Position numbers and translations under genes: made by a program
The notes under the pieces: model-generated
Seen by the model: the letters and a program-made list of their open reading frames with translations, nothing else
Database searches by the model: none
Told to the model about the DNA's origin: nothing
Shown here: piece by piece, positions 1 through 10,062 of the stretch
How the letters are laid out: each line of letters starts with the position of its first letter
Position numbering within the stretch: the stretch's first letter is position 1
Assembly: GCA_034530795.1 (NCBI GenBank)
Contig: JAVRCH010000059.1
Span: 847 to 64,846 of the forward strand
Length of the DNA: 64,000 nt
Reading direction: 5' to 3'
From: Nostoc sp. DedQUE12a
Lineage (GTDB): Bacteria; Cyanobacteriota; Cyanobacteriia; Cyanobacteriales; Nostocaceae

Positions 1-1404
1 CTGTTCGGATTGATTGACAATAATACTAAAAACTAACGTTTCATACTTAGACGCATTCACATATCCAGATAGAGAAACTACACCAGTTAACGTACCGGTT
101 TTGGCTTGCACAATACCTTCAGCTGGTGTGTTTTGAAAACGATCTTTTAAGGTTCCACTTTTACCAGCTACAGGTAAAGATGCACGATATATCGATGCTG
201 CTGGCGTTCTTGCAATTCCCCGTAAAACTTGTACAAAAGCTTCTGGAGTGACTAAGTTACGACGTGATAAACCCGAACCATCTATTAAAACATAATTTGC
301 TGGATCGACTCCTAATTGAGTTAAACTTGCTTTGACAACTTCCAAACCGACATTAGCGCTAGTCTGATTTTTCAGTCTGGGTTTTTCCACTGCTAATGCT
401 CTTAATAGTGCCTCAGCATAAAGATTATTACTATTAACATTCGTCTCTGCTAATAATTCAGCTAAAGGTGGCGACTCTACAAATGCTATTTCTTCTTGAT
501 TAGTACCACCAGATACGACTAATGCTTTTCCCAAAGGGATTTTTTCTTTTGCTAAAACCGCACGAAAGCGCCGTAAAAAGTAATAATTAGGATCGACTAC
601 AGGTAAATCTAGTAAATAAGGTTCAGAATTTGCTGTTAACTGTCCTTCAATTCGCAATACTGTTCCTGATAGCTCACGGTTAACATTAATATAAATTGGT
701 TGATTTTGGTCAACAGTTAATGACTGATTAATTGTCCGCCACTGTCTCGCTTCATTAATATCAGTCCAAACTAATTTTAAAGGTTTACCTACAGCCTGAG
801 GTACTAATTTTAAGCTAAAAATATTTTGATTGATAATGAAACTATTGACTGGTGCACCGTAGTCTGACTGGACATCTTCCCATTGCCAAGTGGGGTTAAC
901 AATATCCCCTTGAATATAACTATCATCGGCGATTAATTCCTGAATTTGAGTAATACCTTTCTGTTTCAACTGTTGTGCTAATGCTTGCAGTTGAGTATCG
1001 CTTAAACTCGGATCTCCTCTACCGACAACACGTAAAACACTATTGCCATTTTGATAAATAGAAGTACGAATACGAAAATTACCGCCCAACTGCTGTAATG
1101 CAGCTGCTGTTGTCAGCAACTTCATGTTAGATGCTGGAGTAAAATATTTCTCGGCATCTCGATTGTAAAGAGTTAACCCTGCTGATAGAGGTTGTACTAA
1201 AATTCCCCAACGCATCCGATTAAATAGGGGACGATTAATAACAGAATCTATAGCTGTTCCCAATTGGGTAGAGCAAATTGCTTTTGTAGTAGTTGTAGGT
1301 GGGGTTGGGGTTTGTGCTTTACCAACTCTAGAATTAAATGTTATCTGGGTAGTTAAAAATATTAACAAAACACCCAGCGATCGCTTGAAAATCTTAAGTT
1401 TCAC
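1..1404 (-). CDS. dacB: D-alanyl-D-alanine carboxypeptidase/endopeptidase, PBP4 (peptidase S13) family; C-terminus lies outside the window
   Basis: Own translation of the minus strand from GTG at 1404 gives VKLKIFKRSLGVLLIFLTTQ (signal peptide) and later YFTPASNMKLLTTAAALQQLG (SxxK active-site motif, near 1100-1135). The frame stays open to position 1. It is absent from the ORF track because its stop is outside the window. Confidence 0.8.
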   Translation of the reverse strand, partial: MKLKIFKRSLGVLLIFLTTQITFNSRVGKAQTPTPPTTTTKAICSTQLGTAIDSVINRPLFNRMRWGILVQPLSAGLTLYNRDAEKYFTPASNMKLLTTAAALQQLGGNFRIRTSIYQNGNSVLRVVGRGDPSLSDTQLQALAQQLKQKGITQIQELIADDSYIQGDIVNPTWQWEDVQSDYGAPVNSFIINQNIFSLKLVPQAVGKPLKLVWTDINEARQWRTINQSLTVDQNQPIYINVNRELSGTVLRIEGQLTANSEPYLLDLPVVDPNYYFLRRFRAVLAKEKIPLGKALVVSGGTNQEEIAFVESPPLAELLAETNVNSNNLYAEALLRALAVEKPRLKNQTSANVGLEVVKASLTQLGVDPANYVLIDGSGLSRRNLVTPEAFVQVLRGIARTPAASIYRASLPVAGKSGTLKDRFQNTPAEGIVQAKTGTLTGVVSLSGYVNASKYETLVFSIIVNQSEQ

Positions 1405-1695
1405 CAATATACCTTATCCAATGTTCAATAATTTCACTTTACCAGCAACTTCTTTCTTTAAAAAAGAGCAACTTGGTCAGTAAACTTACTTAACTAGTAT
1501 AAGAGAGATGTTCACATATTTACAGTAATCTTCATCTATTTCAACCAAAATCCTCAGTGCTTGTAGCAACTTGGTCAAAATTTCCATCAAAAATGTAAAA
1601 TCTCAGGCTATATAGGACTTAGCGGTGGTCAGATCCCCGATTTCTTGAATGAAGTCGGGGATCTTGCAGCCCATCAAAATTAATGGCACAGACTA

Positions 1696-1899
1696 TTAGA
1701 AGTATTGACTAATATGATAGTCAATGAATTCACTGCAAGTTAACCATTTATCTTGGGGAAAGACTAACTTTTTAGTCTTGGTCATAACCTCATTAAAGAA
1801 ATTGATATAGTCATCGCCTTGCAAAATTAACTCATCACCTGTTATGTGGTCAGTTAACACTACAGACTGACCTACTTTCATGTATGTGTATCGTTGCAT
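1696..1899 (-). CDS. small hypothetical protein (67 aa)
   Basis: ORF track only; no motif recognised. Confidence 0.3.
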   Translation of the reverse strand: MQRYTYMKVGQSVVLTDHITGDELILQGDDYINFFNEVMTKTKKLVFPQDKWLTCSEFIDYHISQYF

Positions 1900-2647
1900 A
1901 AGTTGTTGCGCTAGTGGTTGTTTAGTTTAAGTAGCCGCTTTCTAGCTATAAATTTGGACACGAAAACGCTAACCATTCCGCAGTTAGGTGACAGATTTTT
2001 GATAAAATTTTCCAGCAAAATTCAGTATTATCAAAATTGGCAAGTTAAACAGCTTTTACGCTTGGCTTGGAAACTGAAGTACATAACTTCAGTTGATTTT
2101 AAATTTGCTGTATATGCTAATACATTTATGTGCAGTTTTTCCCCCTTGTTTTCGTTGCAGTTTCTAGTTGCTTATTTATAGCAAGGAAGGATATTTTCAA
2201 ACTGAATCATATCAGACCAATATTGCGATCGCTAAGAGATATAAAACATAATTTTCTCTCAAATCCAACAATGAAACTTTAATCTTAACTTAACCTGAGA
2301 GTTCCCTAACTGAACTTCCAACAATCTCCAAGTCCGTCTTTTTGAAGTGGATTTACAGCAGATTTTAAGGAAAGCTAAGTACGGTATTTATGTCTGAAAG
2401 TTAGACAGAGAGCCTCTTGTAATTACGGATTTCGCTCTAGGTTGAAGCCGATAGTTATTTTGATAATAGACTATGCAGACTAATTTAGTAAATAAAATGT
2501 TCCAATTTTTCTCAACCAAATTTTTTGTAATTAATGAAACTTAGATAACAAGTTTGGGAATAATAAATCATGCCAGAGAAACATTTTAAATGAATCTCAG
2601 CATACTAGGTGTGTCCTTTTATCGGCGATTACAGGAGCAAATTGTTC

Positions 2648-3457
2648 ATGAAAGTAAGTTCATCAGGGGCTAAGCTGGGTAGTGCAATTATTAGCAGTAC
2701 TTGTTTAACCGCAGCAATTATAGGTTTGGGTGGTTCCGGTGCATTTGCGGCTCAATTCATTACAATTAAAACCACTGGTACATTATCAGGAACTATCGAA
2801 CTCCCCAGAAATAATCCCAATTTCAATAAAAGTATTACTCGTATTGATACGGATGAGACTGGAACTTATTACCGGAACTTAGGCACTACTAATAATCCTA
2901 ATTATGTTCCTGTGTATCAATCAAACTATTTGCAGGTAGAAACACGTCCTGATGGAAGTCTGCATTACTTCGTTGACTTTAAAGGTATTCCTTTTGTCTC
3001 CTTCGATGGTGTTTTGACATCGCCTGTTCTTTCTGGCGGTCAGTTGACTCCCTTCAAATATCAAGGACAATTGGCGGGAACCACATTTCAGGGAGTAGTT
3101 CAAGACGAATTTAATTTTATCAAAGCTTTCTACAGTGGTACTGTCACCGACCCAGACACCGGAAAACAGTATCAGGGCACTTTTGAAGTTTATGGGTATG
3201 GTGAACGATATAGCGATCGCAATGGTAGCTTAACTCCTACCGTTTTTGATTTCCAGTCCGATATCCCCGGTTCGCCAACCATAACATCTTTGACTTTGAC
3301 TAACACCCCCTTGAAAAATTTGAGTATCAAAGTACCCATACCTGTGGATGAAACTTCTATTCCAGAACCCACTAGTATTTTCGGAACCTTGATGGCGGCT
3401 ACTTTTGGTATCATCTTCAAAAAGAAAAAAGATATGTCCGCTAAAGATTTAGCTTAA
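2648..3457 (+). CDS. PEP-CTERM sorting-domain secreted protein
   Basis: The C-terminus IPEPTSIFGTLMAATFGIIFKKKKD has a PEP motif, a hydrophobic helix and a basic cluster. An N-terminal signal-like segment starts at MKVSSSGAKLG, so the ATG at 2648 is preferred over the track start at 2609. Confidence 0.75.
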   Translation: MKVSSSGAKLGSAIISSTCLTAAIIGLGGSGAFAAQFITIKTTGTLSGTIELPRNNPNFNKSITRIDTDETGTYYRNLGTTNNPNYVPVYQSNYLQVETRPDGSLHYFVDFKGIPFVSFDGVLTSPVLSGGQLTPFKYQGQLAGTTFQGVVQDEFNFIKAFYSGTVTDPDTGKQYQGTFEVYGYGERYSDRNGSLTPTVFDFQSDIPGSPTITSLTLTNTPLKNLSIKVPIPVDETSIPEPTSIFGTLMAATFGIIFKKKKDMSAKDLA

Positions 3458-3487
3458 TCATGCATTTGCCATAATTTTGACAACACT

Positions 3488-3530
3488 TAACCATAGTCAA
3501 GCGTAATATTTAGCTTAACTATGGTTTTAT
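3488..3530 (+). terminator. hairpin followed by a T-rich tract downstream of the PEP-CTERM gene
   Basis: aaccatagt (3489-3497) pairs with actatggtt (about 3518-3526), followed by ttatatgttttt. Confidence 0.4.
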
Positions 3531-3562
3531 ATGTTTTTCCTCAAGGCAGTATTTTAGCAAGA

Positions 3563-3792
3563 AAGGCAGAGGGCAGGAGGCAGAAGGCTTTTATGGAATT
3601 CTGATTCCTGCCCTCTGCCACGACCGTTCGCGCAGCGTCTCGTAGAGAAGGGAGTAAGGGTTGAAGCCCCACTCCAAAATTTCTGATTTGGTGTCCTGCA
3701 ATCAGTGTAGGTCTGTTCGCGCAGCGTCTCGTAGAGAAGCCTACACTGCAAGAGCAAACCTTCTGCCCTCTGCCCTCTGCCTTCTGCCTTCT
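3563..3792. repeat. composite dispersed-repeat element with G-rich/C-rich heptamer ends and an internal 25-bp direct repeat
   Basis: The left end ggcagagggcaggaggcagaaggc is mirrored by ttctgccctctgccctctgccttctgcc (3761-3792). gttcgcgcagcgtctcgtagagaag occurs twice (3626-3650 and 3715-3739). The arms cagtgtagg/cctacactg flank the second copy. Confidence 0.7.
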
Positions 3793-3894
3793 TTAGTTGT
3801 ATAGCGGTAGTCACATAGGTTAGGAAATTTTAAAAACTTGAATGCAGGCATAGTAAGACTTTTACCTCCTGCCTCCTGCTATACAGCCAAAATC

Positions 3895-5670
3895 TCACTC
3901 CATATCCTTTTGTTTAAACATTGCCATCAACTTCCGCTTACGGCCGTGGGTTTGCATCAAATTTTCTCGATAAGTAGACCAGTCAGCCTTTCTCCCAGAT
4001 TGCAAGTACGCGGTACGTGCTTTTTTTAGCCATTCTACGGCATAGTAGTAGTATTCTGCTTTACCTGCATCCATAATTTTTTCCGCACGATTACGGGCAT
4101 TGGCAATTACCCAACCAGGATTATGAAGAATAGCAGCATCCATAACTCGGTGAATTAAGTCAGAATTATAAGAACTAAGTTCACTAACGATCGCAATTGC
4201 ATCATCAATTAGCCCCTCGTGCAATAAAATATCCACTTTGGCTGATTCTGTTCCCCAACCAACATAACTACGGATGATTCTCAGTAAATCTGTTTTGACA
4301 CTTTCCCAATTTTCGCCAGCTAATTCTTGCATCTTCTGATAATCAGAAAACGAGGGCTTGACTTGGAAAGCCGCCTTGATTGCTAATAAAGCAGCTTCAT
4401 GATTACCCAATTCAACAGCTAAATCACCTGCCCAAGTTCCTAACTCATACTGACAATCACCAGGTAAATTTAATCCACTTTGGGCAATATCTAATGCTTG
4501 CTGTAGCGCTCCCTTATCGGTGAGTGTTTTCGCTAAAGCCAAAGCTTCTTCCTTTGAGTTCATTTGGGTTTGAGCAGCATCAATGGCTTCTTCTACTCTG
4601 CCTAAACGCCCCAGCATTGTGAGATATTGCTGGGTTTGCCCTTCTGCTTCAGCCAAATACAGGTATTCTTGGTAACGTTCTTGACGTTCGAGGATTTTCA
4701 GGCGAATTAGTGCCAAATCGTCTGCATAGTCAGGGACATCTTCTTCCCAGGCTCCTCTTTCGGTAATATTACCTTGGAGAACTTCCACCAGGGGTGGATA
4801 ATCCCAACCTTGGCGTAGAGCCTCCATAATCAGACCAAAATCAGCATTCCATTCATCTTGCCATGCTTCTAAATTTATTTGAATATCAACTTTTTCGTCT
4901 GGGGTGAGTTCGGCACTTAGAATTGCTTCACACCAGGCCTGATTTAATTCCTGGACAATTTCATCATTTTCGGCACCGTATTCTGCAACATCGTGCCAAT
5001 TTTCCACACAGGTAGAGGTAATCGCCTCTAAAATAGCGATCGCATTTTCAGCCTCTCCCCGTTGGCAAAAATCCACGGCAGTTTCCACCAGACTCAGTAA
5101 TTCTTCAGCAATCGGGTCTTCTTCGTAACCTTCCTCGAAATACCGCACAGCGTCCCGGAGAATCTGCCGCACTTCGCGCCGAAAGGGAGCAGGATCAATA
5201 GTACTGCGTCGCACGCGTTTGATACTTTTTTCTTGGGCAACTGGAGCAATCATCCAGCTGACACGACGTTCAATCGCCTCAATCAGTCGCGGGTATTCTG
5301 CTACTAAATCTTGTAGCAGCCTTTGAGTTTGGACGCCATCTAAGCGATCGAGTAATTCTTCTAAAGTTGGGCGCTGTTCAATGTGTTCTGAGTGACGCGC
5401 ACAGACGAGCATCGTCGCCACAATATGTTTGCACCACCCATCAAAGTTATATGCACAAGTGCAGTTGACAGAAGTCAATCCACTGCTGTCAAAATTTAGG
5501 CTGACATGATAAGGTCTGGCTTCACTGCCGACAACATCCGCTTGAAGCAGACTGCCACGTTGGGTGATACCATTGACAGCGCCAGCTTGATAGTATGCCT
5601 CGCCCCGCTGGAAAGATTTGGCGTTGGCATGGCGGCGGATAGTAAACTCACTAATTTGGGGAATAGACAT
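3895..5670 (-). CDS. SWIM zinc-finger domain protein with a helical-repeat C-terminal region
   Basis: CTCAYNFDGWCKHIVATML fits the SWIM CxC...CxH signature near the N-terminus. The ORF is 591 aa. Confidence 0.75.
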   Translation of the reverse strand: MSIPQISEFTIRRHANAKSFQRGEAYYQAGAVNGITQRGSLLQADVVGSEARPYHVSLNFDSSGLTSVNCTCAYNFDGWCKHIVATMLVCARHSEHIEQRPTLEELLDRLDGVQTQRLLQDLVAEYPRLIEAIERRVSWMIAPVAQEKSIKRVRRSTIDPAPFRREVRQILRDAVRYFEEGYEEDPIAEELLSLVETAVDFCQRGEAENAIAILEAITSTCVENWHDVAEYGAENDEIVQELNQAWCEAILSAELTPDEKVDIQINLEAWQDEWNADFGLIMEALRQGWDYPPLVEVLQGNITERGAWEEDVPDYADDLALIRLKILERQERYQEYLYLAEAEGQTQQYLTMLGRLGRVEEAIDAAQTQMNSKEEALALAKTLTDKGALQQALDIAQSGLNLPGDCQYELGTWAGDLAVELGNHEAALLAIKAAFQVKPSFSDYQKMQELAGENWESVKTDLLRIIRSYVGWGTESAKVDILLHEGLIDDAIAIVSELSSYNSDLIHRVMDAAILHNPGWVIANARNRAEKIMDAGKAEYYYYAVEWLKKARTAYLQSGRKADWSTYRENLMQTHGRKRKLMAMFKQKDME

Positions 5671-5741
5671 CGGGCGATCGCCTGCGTAAATCCTCTGGAT
5701 GAATCCAGCTTAGGTCTTAAACTAACGCCATGTAAAGAATA

Positions 5742-5857
5742 GACTTCTTGCAGAAGTCGGGAAAAGGGGAAGGGGAAAGGGGGAAAGGTTTGGTATTTTT
5801 CCTTTAACATTGAGTCCCTTTTCCTACAAGAGTGCAAAAGTACTTTTTGCACTCTTG
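5742..5857. repeat. MITE-like dispersed repeat (family A), full copy
   Basis: It has a gacttcttgcagaagtc hairpin end, a gggaaaaggggaaggggaaaggggg core and a gagtgcaaaagtactttttgcactc hairpin end. Related copies lie at 16271, 18651, 25767 and 61722. Confidence 0.75.
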
Positions 5858-5923
5858 TCTAATGCATAACTGTATGTCTAATCATGAGTCATATCCCAAA
5901 CATAAAGATTTTTCAAACAGATG

Positions 5924-5950
5924 TAGAGACGTTGCATTGCAACGTCTCTA
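5924..5950. repeat. perfect 12-bp-stem hairpin
   Basis: tagagacgttgc att gcaacgtctcta. It resembles a hairpin class common in Nostoc intergenic DNA. No T-tract follows, so it is not called a terminator. Confidence 0.6.
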
Positions 5951-6068
5951 TCAACCATTTTGTGGCTAAACCAGGGATATTACACCAATTCTCTAAAGCC
6001 AAGCAACAGATTTAAAGCCACAAACCAGGTTAAATCTTAGTTTCTTAATTGCGAACTACCAATAGCTA

Positions 6069-6521
6069 TTAACTACCAGAGCAATAGCTATTAATTTCCT
6101 TGACTATTGAACTTTCTTCTTGACCACTCTTTTGTAGAGATGCCAAAGAGTTCTTTGCTGCTGGGAGATTCTTTTTATCTATAGCTGTTGCTGCATTCTT
6201 CAATTCTTTAGTGATGCTCTGATAAAGTGTGAGGAAACGTCCTTGAAAACCTTGGAGTTTCTCATCTTTAATTTCTAGAGCTTTCATTTCTTGGGTAAGT
6301 GGGTCTATCTTGCTGGCGAGTTCAGTTAAAGATTTAGAACCTTTTGCTGGATTGGGATTTTTACCGAATTCCTGACCTAAAGCGGATGCTTGATTGGCAA
6401 CTTTGATAATTTTGTTACATTGGGCAACTTTACTTTCTCCACAACTTGCAAATAATAATGCGATCGCAGTTGTGGCTGAGAGTATAAAAGTTTTCTTAAC
6501 TACATATTGCATATATTCCAT
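6069..6521 (-). CDS. putative lipoprotein (150 aa)
   Basis: Signal peptide with a lipobox-like LLFASCGES; helical, Lys/Glu-rich mature part. Confidence 0.6.
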   Translation of the reverse strand: MEYMQYVVKKTFILSATTAIALLFASCGESKVAQCNKIIKVANQASALGQEFGKNPNPAKGSKSLTELASKIDPLTQEMKALEIKDEKLQGFQGRFLTLYQSITKELKNAATAIDKKNLPAAKNSLASLQKSGQEESSIVKEINSYCSGS

Positions 6522-6780
6522 AATCTCCGACTATATTTTGCTAACGTTGAGCAAAGGAAATTGATAGTCAGCAAAAATACTTTTCTTTTTTTTTCAAAAA
6601 TCTCTATTTCTGCTCCTGATATCACATCCGGTTAATCACTTATGATTCAAATCTCTGTGCCTCAAGACATCAGTCCAAATAATAAGTATTCAATCAGACA
6701 TGATATGACTTTTATATCCCTGCTACTTTATACTGCATTTTTTCGCAGATGTGTATGTAATTTCACTGGAAGTAATAATT

Positions 6781-9474
6781 TTATTCTGCCAATTTTGGCA
6801 TTAACTTCAATGTGGCAGTAGTATTTGCTGCAACATTCGTTTTTTGCCACAGCATTGGGTGGTATTCAATCCGACACCAGGAATTAACCATATCTTTGTA
6901 ATGTCTATGGAACGCATGACCTGATTGTCCAGGGGTATGAATTCCCAATGAATTATCTAAATTTGCCAAATCTACAATCATCCGCAATGAAGGAATATCG
7001 GTCACCTCAAAGGATTCATCCGCCTTCCAACGGTTAGCATTCACTGTTTCACCATTCCCAGCCGTAGCGAAGCCACCGCGATTAAACAAAGCTTCAATCG
7101 CTGCAACGCCAGATTTACCGAAGGTGGCATTACGAAAAGTGACGGTATGTAGTTTGCCCCAATTCCAGTTTTTTGGGTCTTTACCTTGAAGGCGTTCTAG
7201 TTCGTCTACGGCTTTTGTCAGGGATTCTCGAAGAATTTGGTCGCGGTTCTCAACTTTTGGGGTGTTGCGATTATCCCACCAAGAACTATTGGGCTGTTTG
7301 ACCAGATTTGCCACCACAGCATACCAGCGATCGCCGCCATCAGGAAAGTATCTTTCAGGCAACTGGTCGTGAAATGTGTTTGCTAGCAAGTGTTTCCAGA
7401 ATACTTCAAACAAAGCCGCAGCTGGGGATGTCATTCCCAACTCCAAATCCCAATTTTGTAGCAGTTTTTGGGCTGCTTGCAAACGGGGTGTATCGACTGC
7501 GAGTGATTGCAGTAATGGTACTAGTGTTTGGGCATTGAGATTGCGATCGCTCCCTTGTATCTGCTGTACGTCCTTCAAAGAAATCGCCTCGGTTTGTTGT
7601 GAAATCATCTTAACAATCTGCTTTGCCCGATAGCCATAAACCCAGTCTGCGGTAATTAAATACGGATATTCACGGGAAACTAAATTATTAGCACTAGCAA
7701 TAAAACCTTCGGTCGGATTGAAACTTTTGGGTAACTCCTCAAAATCAATATAGCCTTGCCATTCGTATTCATCCGTCCAACCAGGAACCGGATAACGCCC
7801 ATCTCCCTTGGCTCTGATGGGGAATTTACCAGGCATTTGGTAGCCAATATTGCCATCAATGTCAGCGTAGACTAAATTTTGAGCAGGAACATCATAATTC
7901 TTGGCAGCAGTGCGAAATTCCTGCCAATTTTGAGCGCGATTGATTTCAGGAATAGCATAGCCTAGCTTAGAAGGTGCTAATGCTGTCCAGCGCAAAGCTA
8001 CGGCATAATTTTGCGGCAATTCTAGCGGCTGACTGGATTGTAACTGCTGGAGATTCGGCGAAACATCAGAGAGAATCGGCCCGTGTCGAGTGTAGCGAAC
8101 CGTTTGCACAATTGGCTGACTTCCGGCAACTTGAATCGTTTCTTTCACAAGTTCCATATCAACCCATTTACCATTGACTTCATATTGGTTGGGGTTTTTC
8201 GGGTTGATTTTCTCGATGTATAAATCCATCACATCAGATTGAACATTAGTCACACCCCAAGCAATGCGATCGCTATGACCGATAATTACTCCAATCATCC
8301 CCGCAAAAGAAAAGCCCGCAACGTTGTAAGGACATTCTGTACTCTCAGACGTACAATGCAAACCAACCTCATACCAAATCGAGGGAATTTGCACGCCCAA
8401 ATGCGGGTCATTCGCCAAAATCGGCTTACCTGTGGTTGTGCGTTTACCAGATATCACCCAGTTATTTGAACCAACACCAATTCCCGTAGAACCAATTAGT
8501 TTTTCCAAAGCCACCATCGGCTGATTAATTGACTCTAAAGCAGAGAAGAGGGAAGAAGACGCGGGGACGGGGAGACGCGGCGACGCGGGGAAAGAACTCT
8601 CTGTATCCTCTTTCACCGCGTCCCCGTGTCCCCATGTCCCCGCGTCCTCTTTCACCGTGTCCCCATGTCCCCATGTCCCTGCGTCCTCTTTCACCGCGTC
8701 CCCGTGTCCCCATGTCCCCGCGTCCTCTCTCACCGCGTCCGCTTTCTTCCCGAACTCCGGCAAAATCGCTGGCAAGTCCTGAGGATAGGGTGGAAAAAGT
8801 TCCTCAACTTCACCATGGGTAAGAGTTTTAAGCAGTATTGCACGTTCAATTTCGCTTTGAAAATTTCTGCCCAAATCGTAAGCCATCACCTTACCCCAAG
8901 TTAGAGAATGGAGTATTTGCCAAGGTTCTGGCTGATATGCAGGATTGAGAAATTTTAGTACAGCGTATTCTAAACTCAAGCTGCTGCCTTGATGTTTTGC
9001 TAAATAAGCGTTGACACCATCGGCGTAAGCTTCCAGATATGCCTTCATTTCTGCATTGATTTGCGGGATTTCTTGCTGCGCTACCCTCGCCCAACCCATT
9101 GTCCGCAAATATTTGTCAGTTTCAACCTGAGAAGAACCAAACATTTCTGAGAGTCGCCCAGAACCGATGTGTCGCCAAAAATCCATTTGCCAAAAGCGGT
9201 CTTGGGCGTGAATGTAACCTTGCGCCATGAATAAATCGTGGGAGTTGGCAGCATAAATATGGGGTACTCCCCATTTATCGCGCTGAACGGTTACTTCAGC
9301 TTTCAGTCCAGGTATTTGAATTGTGCCACTCTCTTGGGGAAAGGATTGGCGCACAATGTGAGTGGCAAGTCCCATTAACAATAGCCCCAGGACTAAGAGG
9401 AAAATCACAGTAGCTTTGAGTCTTTCCAGTAACCAAAGTTTCCTAGAGCTTTTGATTTGGTCTTGCCGTGCCAT
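6781..9474 (-). CDS. penicillin acylase family (Ntn hydrolase) protein, AHL-acylase-like
   Basis: N-terminal membrane anchor. GVGSNNWVISGKRTTTGKPILANDPHLG contains the family's Ser nucleophile motif (Ser codon at 8467-8469). The size (897 aa) is typical for the family. Confidence 0.85.
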   Translation of the reverse strand: MARQDQIKSSRKLWLLERLKATVIFLLVLGLLLMGLATHIVRQSFPQESGTIQIPGLKAEVTVQRDKWGVPHIYAANSHDLFMAQGYIHAQDRFWQMDFWRHIGSGRLSEMFGSSQVETDKYLRTMGWARVAQQEIPQINAEMKAYLEAYADGVNAYLAKHQGSSLSLEYAVLKFLNPAYQPEPWQILHSLTWGKVMAYDLGRNFQSEIERAILLKTLTHGEVEELFPPYPQDLPAILPEFGKKADAVREDAGTWGHGDAVKEDAGTWGHGDTVKEDAGTWGHGDAVKEDTESSFPASPRLPVPASSSLFSALESINQPMVALEKLIGSTGIGVGSNNWVISGKRTTTGKPILANDPHLGVQIPSIWYEVGLHCTSESTECPYNVAGFSFAGMIGVIIGHSDRIAWGVTNVQSDVMDLYIEKINPKNPNQYEVNGKWVDMELVKETIQVAGSQPIVQTVRYTRHGPILSDVSPNLQQLQSSQPLELPQNYAVALRWTALAPSKLGYAIPEINRAQNWQEFRTAAKNYDVPAQNLVYADIDGNIGYQMPGKFPIRAKGDGRYPVPGWTDEYEWQGYIDFEELPKSFNPTEGFIASANNLVSREYPYLITADWVYGYRAKQIVKMISQQTEAISLKDVQQIQGSDRNLNAQTLVPLLQSLAVDTPRLQAAQKLLQNWDLELGMTSPAAALFEVFWKHLLANTFHDQLPERYFPDGGDRWYAVVANLVKQPNSSWWDNRNTPKVENRDQILRESLTKAVDELERLQGKDPKNWNWGKLHTVTFRNATFGKSGVAAIEALFNRGGFATAGNGETVNANRWKADESFEVTDIPSLRMIVDLANLDNSLGIHTPGQSGHAFHRHYKDMVNSWCRIEYHPMLWQKTNVAANTTATLKLMPKLAE
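8607..8742. repeat. 39-bp tandem repeat (3.5 copies) lying in-frame inside the acylase gene
   Basis: The unit cctctttcaccgcgtccccgtgtccccatgtccccgcgt occurs at 8607, 8646 and 8685, with a partial copy after that. On the minus strand it translates as DAVKEDAGTWGHG x3. An inverted heptamer-rich arm lies at 8556-8590. Confidence 0.85.
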
Positions 9475-9643
9475 TGTTAAGTTAAATCACGCGAGGTTAC
9501 CACGTTGATATTACAGTACAGTGAGTAATATTAGACCTGCGTTGAAAATAGGGAACAGAGAACTATTAACAGGGAACAGGAAAGAAATATTTTCATTGTT
9601 CCTTGTGAGCGTAGCTCATGGAGTCTCTTGCAAAAGTCCCTAA

Positions 9644-9791
9644 TATCATGTCCGCTTGATTGGTTATTAAACACGAAGAACCCCACCCCGCCAAAGCTAC
9701 GCTTTGTCTCCCCTCCCCGCTTGCTCTTAGGGGTTGGGGGTGGGGTGTAATGACTGTGGTTAGCATAACTAATTATGCGGACATGATATAA
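9644..9791. repeat. imperfect palindromic element of about 150 bp
   Basis: The termini atatcatgtccgc (9644) and gcggacatgatat (to 9791) are inverted copies. The inner arms gaaccccaccccgcc and ggggttgggggtggggtg also pair. A related segment lies at 10135-10175. Confidence 0.6.
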
Positions 9792-9852
9792 CACCCCACC
9801 CTCAATTCCTACCTTTGTTAAGGGGCTACGGTGTACACACAAGTCTCTTGAC

Positions 9853-10062
9853 CTGCACCTTTGTTGCATTGCCTTGCACCTTTGATGCATTGCCTTGCAC
9901 CTTTGTTGCATTGCCTTGCACCTTTGTTGCATTGCCTTGCACCTTTGTTGCATCGCCTTGCACCTTTGTTGCATTGCCTTGCACCTTTGTTGCATTGCCT
10001 TGCACCTTTGTTGCATCGCCTTGCACCTTTGTTGCATTGCCCCGCACCTTTATTGTATCGAA
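9853..10062. repeat. 21-bp tandem array, 10 units, non-coding
   Basis: The unit is ttgcacctttgttgcattgcc with a few point variants. The array is bracketed by a perfect 16-bp inverted repeat: gtgtacacacaagtct (9831-9846) and agacttgtgtgtacac (10105-10120). Confidence 0.9.

Noticed and set aside
3554-4029. 86-aa and 63-aa ORFs at 3554-3814 and 3838-4029
   Set aside because: The first lies entirely within a composite dispersed repeat. The second overlaps the 3' end of the SWIM gene on the opposite strand. Neither has any recognisable motif.
5496-5852. 118-aa and 78-aa ORFs overlapping the SWIM gene start and the MITE at 5742
   Set aside because: They run through a family A repeat and overlap a strongly supported gene. 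They are most likely artefacts.
8525-8904. ORFs of 62, 97 and 92 aa rich in Pro/Arg/Gly overlapping the acylase gene
   Set aside because: They are alternative-frame or antisense readings of the GC-rich 39-bp repeat inside a well-supported 897-aa gene.
9853-10062. Possible CRISPR array (also considered for 27227-27415)
   Set aside because: The units are directly adjacent with no unique spacers, the unit length is only 21 bp, and there are no cas genes. These are simple tandem repeats.
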